IMG/VR virus record: IMGVR_UViG_3300035034_002581
Source of the DNA: a virus
DNA: 64,000 nt
Strand: one strand, 5' to 3'
Below are positions 1 to 9,070 of the stretch, in pieces. A program made the translations under genes and the position numbers. Within the stretch, counting starts at the first letter, position 1. Each line of letters opens with the position of its first letter. Under the pieces are notes generated by a model. That model was not told the origin of the DNA, made no database searches, and saw only the letters and a list, made by a program, of their open reading frames with translations.

Positions 1-194
1 TTGTGAGGCAAGAAGTTCTTTAACAGTCTCAGGGCTTCTTGGGTAGTGATACCCGCGGTGAAGTCGAAGTTGATTTACGCGAGAAGCTGCTGTAAGAATA
101 TCTCCTGACTTTTCAAATAGGTGTATATCACCAAACTGCTGTAATTTTAGTGCTGTTGTTACACCAAAGAGTCCTGCACCGACTACTGCTATTT
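1..194 (-). CDS. FAD/NAD(P)-binding oxidoreductase, N-terminal part (gene continues beyond window start)
   Basis: Minus-strand translation from ATG at 192-194 gives MKIAVVGAGLFGVTTALKLQQFGD..., i.e. a GxGxxG Rossmann dinucleotide-binding motif at the N-terminus; not in ORF track because truncated by window edge. Confidence 0.45.
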
Positions 195-1079
195 TCATAA
201 TGCTTCCTTAATTTGATCTAAAAATTGTCTAGTAATGATCGGTACTATCGGATCGGTCAGGCTTTTGCTTTGAATCTCGCTTGAAAAGTTGTCTATCATG
301 ATTGCGACCGTATTTGTTGAATCAACTCCGCCTTGATAATTGATTTTGCAATCATCAATAAAATAGCTAGTCATATACTTGTTGATGTTTTCAGTATCTT
401 TTTTGATTAATGTTATGTGTGCAGTATATTCTACATCTTTAGAATCGCTATCACCAAAAAAAATACCGCATATTTTCATTGATAGAGTTAAAACGTCAGC
501 ATGAGGACCCTTTGTGTTTTGAGCATTGATATCGCTAACTGTTATGCGTTCTGATATACTGATGCTTCTTAACAAAGATATTGTCTTTGAAATATCGTGA
601 CAGAGTAGATTGTCAACAATATTTCCTCTTGTCTTCTGTTTAGTCCATTGATGGTGGATCTTAAACTTCTTAGGTGCTTTAAGTTTACGACAGAAATCAG
701 CTATCTTACTTGAATCCTTATCAAGTCCTCTATGATAGTTGATTGTCAAAGTCAGATCTTTTTTACGAGCTAACTCATAGAGTGAGATTAACTCTTCGGA
801 ACTTTGCGCGCCTGGCTTTTCAAGAAGAACATGTTTGCCATTTTGAAGCATTTTTCTTGCAACACATGATAGTTGATCGATAGGAACTGCGATGATTGCA
901 GCATCAAAATCTGCTTTTTCTAATTCTTCCATTGTTACCCATCGGATACCGCTTAAAAAGCTTTTCTGGGGGCTTCTGGATGCAATACAGACCACTTCTA
1001 CACCATCAGAATCGATTGCATTCTTCAGCATAATTTGAGCCCATCTTCCGGCTCCGATAATTATAGTCCTAACTGCCAC
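195..1079 (-). CDS. Gfo/Idh/MocA-family NAD(P)-dependent sugar oxidoreductase
   Basis: N-terminal IIGAGRWA Rossmann motif and conserved EKP motif (LLEKPGA) typical of the GFO_IDH_MocA family; 294 aa. Confidence 0.6.
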   Translation of the reverse strand: MAVRTIIIGAGRWAQIMLKNAIDSDGVEVVCIASRSPQKSFLSGIRWVTMEELEKADFDAAIIAVPIDQLSCVARKMLQNGKHVLLEKPGAQSSEELISLYELARKKDLTLTINYHRGLDKDSSKIADFCRKLKAPKKFKIHHQWTKQKTRGNIVDNLLCHDISKTISLLRSISISERITVSDINAQNTKGPHADVLTLSMKICGIFFGDSDSKDVEYTAHITLIKKDTENINKYMTSYFIDDCKINYQGGVDSTNTVAIMIDNFSSEIQSKSLTDPIVPIITRQFLDQIKEAL

Positions 1080-1407
1080 ATGCTTCCTTTATGATGTCAA
1101 AGTATTCTACAGCTACATCGTCCCAGTTTTTAACTTCCATTGCCGAGTTTTTCGTGTATGCCTTTGATTCAAGGATCTCAGCTAGCTCTTCAAATGTTTT
1201 GTAAGCGTGATCTCTACCAGCCATCTCTACTGCTCCGCCGCCTTGGTGGTGAACATAAGTCGCCAAATCACATGCTAAGCTTTCAACAATATGATTCGGA
1301 CCCGGATCCCATCTTGAGGCTGAAACGTATACGTGATTCTCTGATAAGCGATCTCCCAGCTCTTTTCCAAATGTTGGCTTTACAACAGTGTTCTTGAAAG
1401 AGCCCAT
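1069..1407 (-). CDS. GT-B fold glycosyltransferase, C-terminal (Glycos_transf_1-like) portion; probably part of a disrupted gene with 1380..1895
   Basis: HVYVSASRWDPGPNHIVESLACDLATYVHHQGGGAVEMAGRDHAYKTFEELAEIL matches the GT4/GT1 C-terminal donor-binding consensus (E..G....EAma.G.PV). Confidence 0.45.
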   Translation of the reverse strand: MGSFKNTVVKPTFGKELGDRLSENHVYVSASRWDPGPNHIVESLACDLATYVHHQGGGAVEMAGRDHAYKTFEELAEILESKAYTKNSAMEVKNWDDVAVEYFDIIKEACGS

Positions 1408-1895
1408 CTGCCTTCCGATGTATACAAACTCAAAGTCGTCTCTTGTTCCAACCCATTCGTCAAGCTTGTTGTAAATGTCTTCTTGTCTGTGCCATTGAGG
1501 ATTACCCTAGAATCTTTGCATTCCCATTTTCCATCAACATGATGATGATCAAGGAGCCAGTGTGATATAAAGATGGAGACATCAGAGGCTTGACTAGTCG
1601 CTCTGAGTAGTGGGTCATTTTTTTCATGATCGCCCTTTCTCATATCACATTCGTTTATTCTGTGGATAATTTTTGTTTTTGGATTTCTACGCTTATATTG
1701 AAGTATTTCGCTAATAGAGATTCTTAATTCATCGTACCTAGGATCAATTACGAGTATTGCATCAATATCAGTCTCGAGAGATGTCGTCAGATCAACATTA
1801 TTGTTCTTTGCATTGCGAAAGATTGCTTTGATAAAATGATTTCCGCCACCCCAAGGTCCATCAACGGGTTTTCTATTTATTAAGAGTTTCAACAT
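1380..1895 (-). CDS. Putative N-terminal half of the same glycosyltransferase (frame differs from 1069..1407; frameshift or in-frame stop between halves)
   Basis: Adjacent, same orientation; reading frames switch around 1500-1540, where the downstream frame carries TAG (1507-1509) and TGA (1534-1536). Confidence 0.35.
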   Translation of the reverse strand: MLKLLINRKPVDGPWGGGNHFIKAIFRNAKNNNVDLTTSLETDIDAILVIDPRYDELRISISEILQYKRRNPKTKIIHRINECDMRKGDHEKNDPLLRATSQASDVSIFISHWLLDHHHVDGKWECKDSRVILNGTDKKTFTTSLTNGLEQETTLSLYTSEGRWALSRTLL

Positions 1896-2604
1896 AACCT
1901 CGACTTCTTAGAAATTCTGCTTCGCCTTTCTGAAACTTGGCATCATCTGTCTGGAATGTCTCTGGTGAAGCGTCTATTGTGTAGTGATAGGCTACAATGG
2001 GTTCAAAATGCCAGTTACCCTTAGCGTTTCTTAGGGCCGGAAGATACAGCGCTTGATCACCAATTCTTTGGAAGTACTCTCCATCTTCTCCTCTAAAGTT
2101 TTCATCTGCGACATCTTCAATAAGGGCTTTCCTAAATGTCTTAAAGTGAGACGCACACCACTTATGCTCGTAAGGATCAGCGTCTTTTCTCATTGGAGCA
2201 GAGATGTTATGGTTTGAGAAGCTCCATCTGTGTCCAGTCCATATTGCGTCATAGCCGTCAGTCGTGTATCTATGGTTTAGTATTGCTAGTGCATCAAGGT
2301 CACAAAGCCAATCGTCTCCGTCTAATCTACACACGATTTCATCAGGCTTAATTTCTTTGAGAGCCTCGACAATATTTCTAACTTCCCAATGTTTCTCGGT
2401 ATTGACTGTTAAACTTACTCTGTCATGAATGCCCAATCCTGTTGTTAAGTTCTTGATTAACATGACTGTCCCGTCAGTTGACATGTCATCTCTAATAATG
2501 AGTCTCCAATCTGAATATGATTGTGATACGATTGACAGTAAACATTGCTGAATTGTCTTTTCTGCATTGAATGTTGGAATTATGAATGCGAATGTGTTGC
2601 CCAA
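1873..2604 (-). CDS. Family 2 glycosyltransferase
   Basis: N-terminal FAFIIPTFNAEKTIQQCLLSIVSQSYSDWRLIIRDDMSTDGT is the classic GT2 (GT-A, DxD) signature. Confidence 0.7.
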   Translation of the reverse strand: MGNTFAFIIPTFNAEKTIQQCLLSIVSQSYSDWRLIIRDDMSTDGTVMLIKNLTTGLGIHDRVSLTVNTEKHWEVRNIVEALKEIKPDEIVCRLDGDDWLCDLDALAILNHRYTTDGYDAIWTGHRWSFSNHNISAPMRKDADPYEHKWCASHFKTFRKALIEDVADENFRGEDGEYFQRIGDQALYLPALRNAKGNWHFEPIVAYHYTIDASPETFQTDDAKFQKGEAEFLRSRGYVETLNK

Positions 2605-2612
2605 TTTATTTC

Positions 2613-4577
2613 CTACTTGTTGTTCTTTGTGTTTCTATCAATCCACTGCTTTGTTACTTGAGGATGAGAAACATGTGAAGTAATATGAGGTGTCTTGGCA
2701 TCAAAATTAACAGGAGAATGGAAAATCCATCCACCCATTTCTGAACCTAATCGATCTGCTAGCTCTGATATGTTCTTGTCAGTTACTTCAGACCACTTTT
2801 TCTGGAAAAACATATTGTTCTCAGGTGTGTCCTCTTGTTCAATATCATACAGGCTTTGCCAATGTCTACTCCAGTAAGTTTTGTATGTTCTGATCTTTCT
2901 CTCGAGATTAAACCAAGAGTAATGATGAACGCCAGGTAATTGATCTACCGCTGCATTAAACCATTCTTGATACTTTGTAAGTGCTTCTTGGTTAGACATT
3001 GCATGTCGCCTTAAGTTATCAACCTCTTGTGTATAGAATGTGCTGTGCGGGATAACTTGATGTGTTTCTTTATGAATGTAGTCACAACCATCCGTACCTA
3101 AGTTTGCATAAATGCTGCCATCCTCATCGATTACTCTTAGGTGACCAGGTATTCCATGTGTAATGTAGTTTCTATTTCTACTCAACCTCCATTTCCAAGG
3201 GTTGACGTCCACTCTAATTTTGCCTGGCCCTCCCCAATATTCAATTACTGGAAGCGCTACAATGTCAGCGTTACCAGGGAATTGCTTCACAAAGTTTCTA
3301 ACTTTGAGGTAATCTCTTTCGTGCACTACTTCATCTGCATCTTGCTGCCAACAGAAGTCTTTTGTGCAAAAACTTCTTGCAACTGCTTTTTGCTCACCAT
3401 CATAAACAGCGAATCTTTTGTTATTCCAGTCACGGATATTCTTGTGAATGACAAGTCTTCCGTCATTACCATCAAGATCAAGTTGAGTTGCTAAAGTTTT
3501 AAGTTCTTCCCATGTACCATCTGTTGACCCTCCATCTACAACTACGACCTCTTCACAGAATCCTAGCATTGATGTTATAGACTCGATGAATGGATAGTCG
3601 TTTTCAATGCAGTTTAAAGTTGTAGTGTAACCTGAGATTGTAGGTTCATTTTTCATGTCATTCTTTATGCCATTCCAGAATCTAGAGGGACCTTGTGAAA
3701 GATAAGCTTCAATCAGATCAAGTCTTTCTGTATCAAACCAGGCTTCTTTTGAATGTTGAACATTTTCATTGTCAACAATTTCGCAGTTTAGAAGCTTAGC
3801 TTCAATCACTATTCTAGGGCATGTATCTTTTCCTTGTGGGAGAAAGACCAGCCCCTGAGATTGTGCAAGCTTTTCTAGCATTTGGGCATATGGAAGGTTA
3901 GTTAAAACTTCATAATCCTTCTCATTATCCTCACACCACTTCTTAGCGGTATCTGTACCCTTAATCCAAGAATTAGATCCTAGTACTGCCCACTTCTTCT
4001 TTTTATGATCTTTGTATTTTTCTCTAAGGGCACTAATCTTTTCAAAAAATTCGCTACTGAATACTGATGATAAGACTGTGTTCTGAGGTGTATCTAGAAA
4101 TGGAAATGCGTCATAATATACACCTTGCTGTGCTTCTGACATCCACCAGACTGATCTTGCACCATGATAAAATGCAGAGATCAGTTTTCCCGTCATCTGG
4201 TTTTTGCAGTCACAATCCGATCCTTCAGCAACTTTATGTTTTTCTGGAGATCGGTACTTACAGAACTTATAGTCATATTCAATAACAGAGTATGACATAT
4301 TTGCAATGATCGATGGAATAAGTTCAGGATTGATTCCTGAAAAATTACCAAAGATCCAATATTTTTTATGACCACGCTCTAACAGATCTAATGTTACGTC
4401 TTTTGAATAGATCTTAGTAATATTAAGATCTGACGATCGTATCAGCGCGTCAGTAGTAAGTTCGGCACCGCCGATATGATCTTTAATAAAAAGATCAGAT
4501 ACGAACACGATATCTGTATCATGCGGTATCGTATGTGCACTAAAAGTATTAGATTTAGATGAAAAATCTGACGACAT
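2613..4577 (-). CDS. Large two-domain glycosyltransferase (C-terminal GT2 domain; N-terminal domain of unknown GT type)
   Basis: C-terminal half contains YPFIESITSMLGFCEEVVVVDGGSTDGT (GT2 motif); 654 aa; TAG stop. Confidence 0.55.
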   Translation of the reverse strand: MSSDFSSKSNTFSAHTIPHDTDIVFVSDLFIKDHIGGAELTTDALIRSSDLNITKIYSKDVTLDLLERGHKKYWIFGNFSGINPELIPSIIANMSYSVIEYDYKFCKYRSPEKHKVAEGSDCDCKNQMTGKLISAFYHGARSVWWMSEAQQGVYYDAFPFLDTPQNTVLSSVFSSEFFEKISALREKYKDHKKKKWAVLGSNSWIKGTDTAKKWCEDNEKDYEVLTNLPYAQMLEKLAQSQGLVFLPQGKDTCPRIVIEAKLLNCEIVDNENVQHSKEAWFDTERLDLIEAYLSQGPSRFWNGIKNDMKNEPTISGYTTTLNCIENDYPFIESITSMLGFCEEVVVVDGGSTDGTWEELKTLATQLDLDGNDGRLVIHKNIRDWNNKRFAVYDGEQKAVARSFCTKDFCWQQDADEVVHERDYLKVRNFVKQFPGNADIVALPVIEYWGGPGKIRVDVNPWKWRLSRNRNYITHGIPGHLRVIDEDGSIYANLGTDGCDYIHKETHQVIPHSTFYTQEVDNLRRHAMSNQEALTKYQEWFNAAVDQLPGVHHYSWFNLERKIRTYKTYWSRHWQSLYDIEQEDTPENNMFFQKKWSEVTDKNISELADRLGSEMGGWIFHSPVNFDAKTPHITSHVSHPQVTKQWIDRNTKNNK

Positions 4578-4659
4578 ATTTACATTCCTTGATGATTCTC
4601 ATAAGGAATAGTTCACTGTAATGCCTGTCTTGTTTAAATTTCAAATGTTTTTGTAAAAA

Positions 4660-6045
4660 TCATAGTAGATCATTATAGTCATCTAACCTTCCAGCAAAAA
4701 CATTCTCTGCAAAATGAATTGCTTGATATAATGATACACTGCTAATAGCGCCTGCAAGTGATGTCACACTTGCAACAAAAGCACCTTTACCATCTGATGG
4801 GACTGATCCTGTTATTACTCCGCTGCCCCTCTTCACACCGTCATTATCTCTAATTTCCCAATATACAAAATGAGTCCCACTAGAACTTCTTGCTTTAATA
4901 AGCACAAAGTCTTCACCTTCTGATGTATTAGGTGTCAAACCCGTATCAGTTAATACTTGTGTTGTGCCATTATGAGTTAAAACCTGCCAGTTAGTATCAC
5001 TTCTACTGCTGGCAAATTGAAATCCAACTGCCCTCCCTGTAAAGTTTTCAAGTGTTCTATCTGTTGGATTGTCAGCTGAACCTATGAAGCAAACTACATC
5101 TGTTGTTGTTGTAAAATACGCTCTACTGTATTGACTATAGATGCCTTTAAGATAAAATGCTATATCAACAGTTGACATGTGCGCAGCAGAACCGCTTGTG
5201 TTTGATAACATATAGAAATACAGTCCGTCGTCTTCACCAGATAATCCCGAGCCATTGTCGGACGGGAATACATTTCCGAAGACGCCACCTGTGTTTAAAA
5301 AACCTGATGAGTTATGTGGCATTATGAACCCAAATTGCTTACCTGTTTGTACAATTCCAGGCGGTGAAAAATCTGCCATAAAACTTCTATTTTGTGTTCT
5401 AAAAGGGATCTTAGGTGACCAAACAGGTCTAGAAAATGTATTTCCAGCACCGTCAGAAACACCTGATAAGACAAGAGCGTGACCATCAGTATCTACAGAA
5501 CTATCGGGTGTTACACTAGCCCAACTAAGTGAATCAGAATCAACTGTGTAAGGGACTGTCAGGTTAAGGCTGCCACTTCTAAATAGAATCGAACCGTAAT
5601 CAGCATCGATAGACAATCCTGTAACAAAAGTGTCAGCGATTGTTCCGCTTAGATCTCCACCATCAAGATATTCGTATGATTCGTCGAAGCTTCCCGTACT
5701 TGCTGCGCTTAATTCTTTAAAACCAAGAGTACTATCTGTAAACCAAAGTGATGTCGGTGAAGTCTGTGATACAAACAAATACCCACCTTGCGGAGCTGTC
5801 ATTTCTAATTCATTTGAACTTGTTTGCTCAAACGAAGTGTATCCATTTATGCTTACGATGTGTGTATCTATCTTACCAGTCACAGGCAATAATGTGTCTC
5901 TAGTTCCAGTAACACTAGACGAGACAGATGTTATTGTATTTACATATAGATCTTGTGTTTTGAATGGTGATGTCATTAGACTTGTTATCCTATTATTTGA
6001 ACGAACACAGTACCAGTAATGTCCATTGATGTGTTTATTACACAT
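4660..6045 (-). CDS. Ser/Thr/Gly-rich putative virion structural protein (fibre or tail-associated?)
   Basis: 461 aa, low-complexity S/T/G-rich composition with beta-rich character; followed by three small co-oriented ORFs; no catalytic motifs. Confidence 0.3.
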   Translation of the reverse strand: MCNKHINGHYWYCVRSNNRITSLMTSPFKTQDLYVNTITSVSSSVTGTRDTLLPVTGKIDTHIVSINGYTSFEQTSSNELEMTAPQGGYLFVSQTSPTSLWFTDSTLGFKELSAASTGSFDESYEYLDGGDLSGTIADTFVTGLSIDADYGSILFRSGSLNLTVPYTVDSDSLSWASVTPDSSVDTDGHALVLSGVSDGAGNTFSRPVWSPKIPFRTQNRSFMADFSPPGIVQTGKQFGFIMPHNSSGFLNTGGVFGNVFPSDNGSGLSGEDDGLYFYMLSNTSGSAAHMSTVDIAFYLKGIYSQYSRAYFTTTTDVVCFIGSADNPTDRTLENFTGRAVGFQFASSRSDTNWQVLTHNGTTQVLTDTGLTPNTSEGEDFVLIKARSSSGTHFVYWEIRDNDGVKRGSGVITGSVPSDGKGAFVASVTSLAGAISSVSLYQAIHFAENVFAGRLDDYNDLL

Positions 6046-6209
6046 CCCGTAGTACCTTTCTCTGTAATGTAAGTATTAACGTTTTGAGATACGGGAGTAA
6101 TTAAAACTGTCGGCGCCGATGAATATGTTAGCTCAAACACAAGTTCTTTAGAAGACTCATTTGTGAAATTCACAACTTGTGTTTCAATTTTTAGATTTGT
6201 AATCAGCAT
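5985..6209 (-). CDS. Small hypothetical protein (possible structural module)
   Basis: 74-aa ORF co-oriented and tightly packed with neighbours. Confidence 0.25.
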   Translation of the reverse strand: MLITNLKIETQVVNFTNESSKELVFELTYSSAPTVLITPVSQNVNTYITEKGTTGCVINTSMDITGTVFVQIIG

Positions 6210-6221
6210 TAAACTCTCACT

Positions 6222-6602
6222 TTATGAAAACTCTATAATATGAAAGTGTACTCTTCCAGAAAATATCGCAGATGCTCTAATTGTAAGAGATGTCCCTGAA
6301 ATAGGCTCAGCCCACAAATTTACATTGTCTTGATCTTCGTCATTGCTTGTTTCAAGTGTCAAAGTGACGTTGGGATTTCGTGCCCCATAATTGTTTGCAA
6401 GTGAAACAATTGCAATGTCTGCATCAAACTCAACAACACCAGTTTCAATACTAAGTTCATAAAGTAGAGTACTGTCTTCAAGAATTTTCCCGCGATCTTT
6501 CCGCAAAAAATTGTATGTATTCCTAAATCTGTTTTGGTCGATGACTGAACCCGGAAAGAGTTCGTTAGTCGACTTAAAACTTGAACTTATAATAGTAGAC
6601 AT
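6222..6602 (-). CDS. Hypothetical protein (possible structural module)
   Basis: 126-aa ORF, same frame as neighbours, separated by single codons. Confidence 0.3.
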   Translation of the reverse strand: MSTIISSSFKSTNELFPGSVIDQNRFRNTYNFLRKDRGKILEDSTLLYELSIETGVVEFDADIAIVSLANNYGARNPNVTLTLETSNDEDQDNVNLWAEPISGTSLTIRASAIFSGRVHFHIIEFS

Positions 6603-6605
6603 TGA

Positions 6606-6950
6606 TTACAACTCCAAGGCATGAAGTGAAACCTTTCCAGTAAAAAACTGAGAGGATCCTATCGTCACGCCAGTAACGTCAATATTCTTTATGAAGACAT
6701 TGACGTTCGCATCATCGTTATTTTCACTATCTACTACAGTAAGGACGACAACAGGTGACTCTACAAACGACTCAGAAAATGTGTAAGTTTCTTCGTTTGA
6801 GTTGGTAAAAGTTACATCTGCTACTTCTGACAAAAATGCTATTGTATTTGTATTCTTTGAAACTTTAACGTTCATCTTTTCAAATCGTCGAAAAGAATAC
6901 ACTTTTGCACGGCGACGCCTATCTCTAGATGAAAATGTTGTAGACGCCAT
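6606..6950 (-). CDS. Hypothetical protein (possible structural module)
   Basis: 114-aa ORF, tight packing. Confidence 0.3.
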   Translation of the reverse strand: MASTTFSSRDRRRRAKVYSFRRFEKMNVKVSKNTNTIAFLSEVADVTFTNSNEETYTFSESFVESPVVVLTVVDSENNDDANVNVFIKNIDVTGVTIGSSQFFTGKVSLHALEL

Positions 6951-6985
6951 GTCGTCAGTCTCCTATACTATATGTATGCTAAAGC

Positions 6986-8413
6986 TTACAAAATTTTAGA
7001 AGCTAGAGTTGCAAGCTCAGATCGCTCTCCCTTAGGTAGGCGAATATGCCCAGCAATCTCTTCGCCTCTAAACCTATCAATTGTGATTGACAAACCGTTC
7101 GACAATTCGTCAAGGTAGGGAGTATCAATCTGTTCAACGTCACCGAGCAAAACAATCTTTGAGTTCTGCCCAACACGCGTAATCACAGTCTTCAGTTCAT
7201 GTATGGTCGCGTTTTGAGCTTCGTCAACGATGATAAATGCGTTGTTAAAGGTTCTACCCCTTATGTAAGGAAGTGGAGCTATTTCAATTTCATTCTTAGA
7301 TCTCATCGTTTCAAAATAAGCTGATCCATGCTCCGAGTCATTTGATCCATCTCTAAAGTTGTCAACTATGGGCTGAATCCATGGCGCCATCTTATCATTG
7401 AGATCTCCCGGTAGGAAGCCAAGATCTTTACCCACAGCTTGAATCGGCCTTGTTATAACGATTCGAGAAAACTTCCCATCATAGAATCCAGACAATCCTG
7501 CCATAAGTGCCAAGAAAGTTTTTCCAGAACCAGCGATTCCTGTAAGTGTCACTAGCTTGATTGCATCGTCTAGCAGCATGTCAATTGCAAAGGTCTGCTC
7601 TTTGTTCTTGGGCTTGACATTAACCATGTCATTCATTTTAGAGTTTGTTGCAAGTTGCAAGTGTCCCTTATGTGCTATCACAAGGCTGCTAGCGTTTTTG
7701 TTTATCTCGCCCTTAAATACTAAAGGCTCACATGGAAAAAAGCTATCCAGTGGTACGTCTATATCATAAAACGATACCCTTTTCTTGCTATGAAGCATAT
7801 TAATGACATCATCTGGAACAAACACTTCTCTGACATCATTTTGAATTGTCGATGGCTCTACTTTGTCTTTGTAGTAGTCTTCTGCCAATACATTAACAGC
7901 ATCACACTTGACTCTAAAGTTGATGTCCTTTGTGACCATTACGACTGTTCTATCTTTATAGAGCGAAGTAAGTGCATGCGCCATTAGGATTATTTTGTTG
8001 TCACCCTGAGAATTGTCAAAGTCAAGAGGCAGTGTTTTAGCCTCTTGCTCTAGATCAATATCTTTAGTTGAGAGCACCCTGATGTTGATGTCGTGCTCTT
8101 CGATATACACACCCTTCGACAAGCTACCTTTCGTTCTAAGACCATCAAGGTAACGATTGATATACCTTGCATTCTCTCCGACTAAACCCTTTCTTTCTTT
8201 GTGCCTGTCGAGTTCATCAAGGACGACCAGAGGTAAGGCAATGTCATTTCCTTTGAATGTGTGAATTGAGTGCTTATCGTATAGCAGAACTGACGTATCA
8301 ATTACAAAAATCTTTCGGTCATTTTCTTCTTTGTTCACGTGTACATTCCTGTTTTTTTGTTTAGGTTTAATGCATGGAGTCATAATAATGAAAGACAATA
8401 TCTTAAAGGACAC
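6986..8413 (-). CDS. phoH: PhoH2-type protein (N-terminal PIN-like domain + PhoH P-loop ATPase)
   Basis: Walker A LTGIAGSGKTFLALMAGL and Walker B/DEAQN region (IIVDEAQN) of the PhoH family; N-terminal KIFVIDTSVLLYD resembles a PIN domain; start is a non-ATG (GTG) codon per sequence. Confidence 0.8.
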   Translation of the reverse strand: MSFKILSFIIMTPCIKPKQKNRNVHVNKEENDRKIFVIDTSVLLYDKHSIHTFKGNDIALPLVVLDELDRHKERKGLVGENARYINRYLDGLRTKGSLSKGVYIEEHDINIRVLSTKDIDLEQEAKTLPLDFDNSQGDNKIILMAHALTSLYKDRTVVMVTKDINFRVKCDAVNVLAEDYYKDKVEPSTIQNDVREVFVPDDVINMLHSKKRVSFYDIDVPLDSFFPCEPLVFKGEINKNASSLVIAHKGHLQLATNSKMNDMVNVKPKNKEQTFAIDMLLDDAIKLVTLTGIAGSGKTFLALMAGLSGFYDGKFSRIVITRPIQAVGKDLGFLPGDLNDKMAPWIQPIVDNFRDGSNDSEHGSAYFETMRSKNEIEIAPLPYIRGRTFNNAFIIVDEAQNATIHELKTVITRVGQNSKIVLLGDVEQIDTPYLDELSNGLSITIDRFRGEEIAGHIRLPKGERSELATLASKIL

Positions 8414-8639
8414 TACCTGCTTTAATGAGCATGCTAAAAGAAGTTTATCATGCCAGAAATCATCGTGCAGGTGTTGGTTTAAAGATCAAGACAATTTAAA
8501 CTGTGTTTTACTTGCATCAAAAAATGGCCCACGAACTCTACAAGAGATCGGTGACCATTTCGGAATCACAAGAATGCGTGTATGCCAGATCGAAAAAAGC
8601 ATAACACAGAAGATAAGAAAAGAAGTCGAAAAAGACTAA
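8388..8639 (+). CDS. Small sigma-70 region 4-like HTH protein (stand-alone)
   Basis: TLQEIGDHFGITRMRVCQIEKSITQKIRK aligns well with sigma-70 region 4.2 consensus TLEEVG..F.VTRERIRQIE.KALRKLR; GGAG RBS 8 nt upstream of ATG at 8388; too short (83 aa) to contain region 2. Confidence 0.45.
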   Translation: MKDNILKDTTCFNEHAKRSLSCQKSSCRCWFKDQDNLNCVLLASKNGPRTLQEIGDHFGITRMRVCQIEKSITQKIRKEVEKD

Positions 8640-8648
8640 CAAGAAAGA

Positions 8649-8993
8649 CTACTTCTTAGCTACAGTCTTTTTCTTGCTAGAAGTCTTCTTCGAAGGTGCT
8701 TTCTTAGCCGCAGTCTTCTTAGAAGCAGACTTTACAGGCTCAACCTTCTTCTCGGGCTCGGGAGTAGATTCAACCTTCTTCTCTGGAGCTTCTGCTTCTT
8801 TCTTTGCAGGCCTTGATACTACAGGCTTTTCAGGTACTTCTACCTCAGCCTTCTCCTTCTTTACTTCAACTACTTCTTTCTTTACAGAATCATCGGTTTT
8901 TTTGTGTCCAATTCTTCCTTTAGTAACTGTATGTGGTACTGTCGGGTCTAGATCAAAGTCTTTAATGTCTTTTAAAATGTGTCTACGGGCCAT
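8649..8993 (-). CDS. Lysine/alanine-rich basic protein with histone H1-like tail
   Basis: C-terminal KKTAAKKAPSKKTSSKKKTVAKK and repeated PEKK/AKK units; 114 aa. Confidence 0.4.
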   Translation of the reverse strand: MARRHILKDIKDFDLDPTVPHTVTKGRIGHKKTDDSVKKEVVEVKKEKAEVEVPEKPVVSRPAKKEAEAPEKKVESTPEPEKKVEPVKSASKKTAAKKAPSKKTSSKKKTVAKK

Positions 8994-9070
8994 TGGAAAT
9001 TAATCCTCCTAGTGATAAGTATTGCTTAAAAAGAAAAGCATGGAATAATTTCCATGCTTTTCTGTGTATG

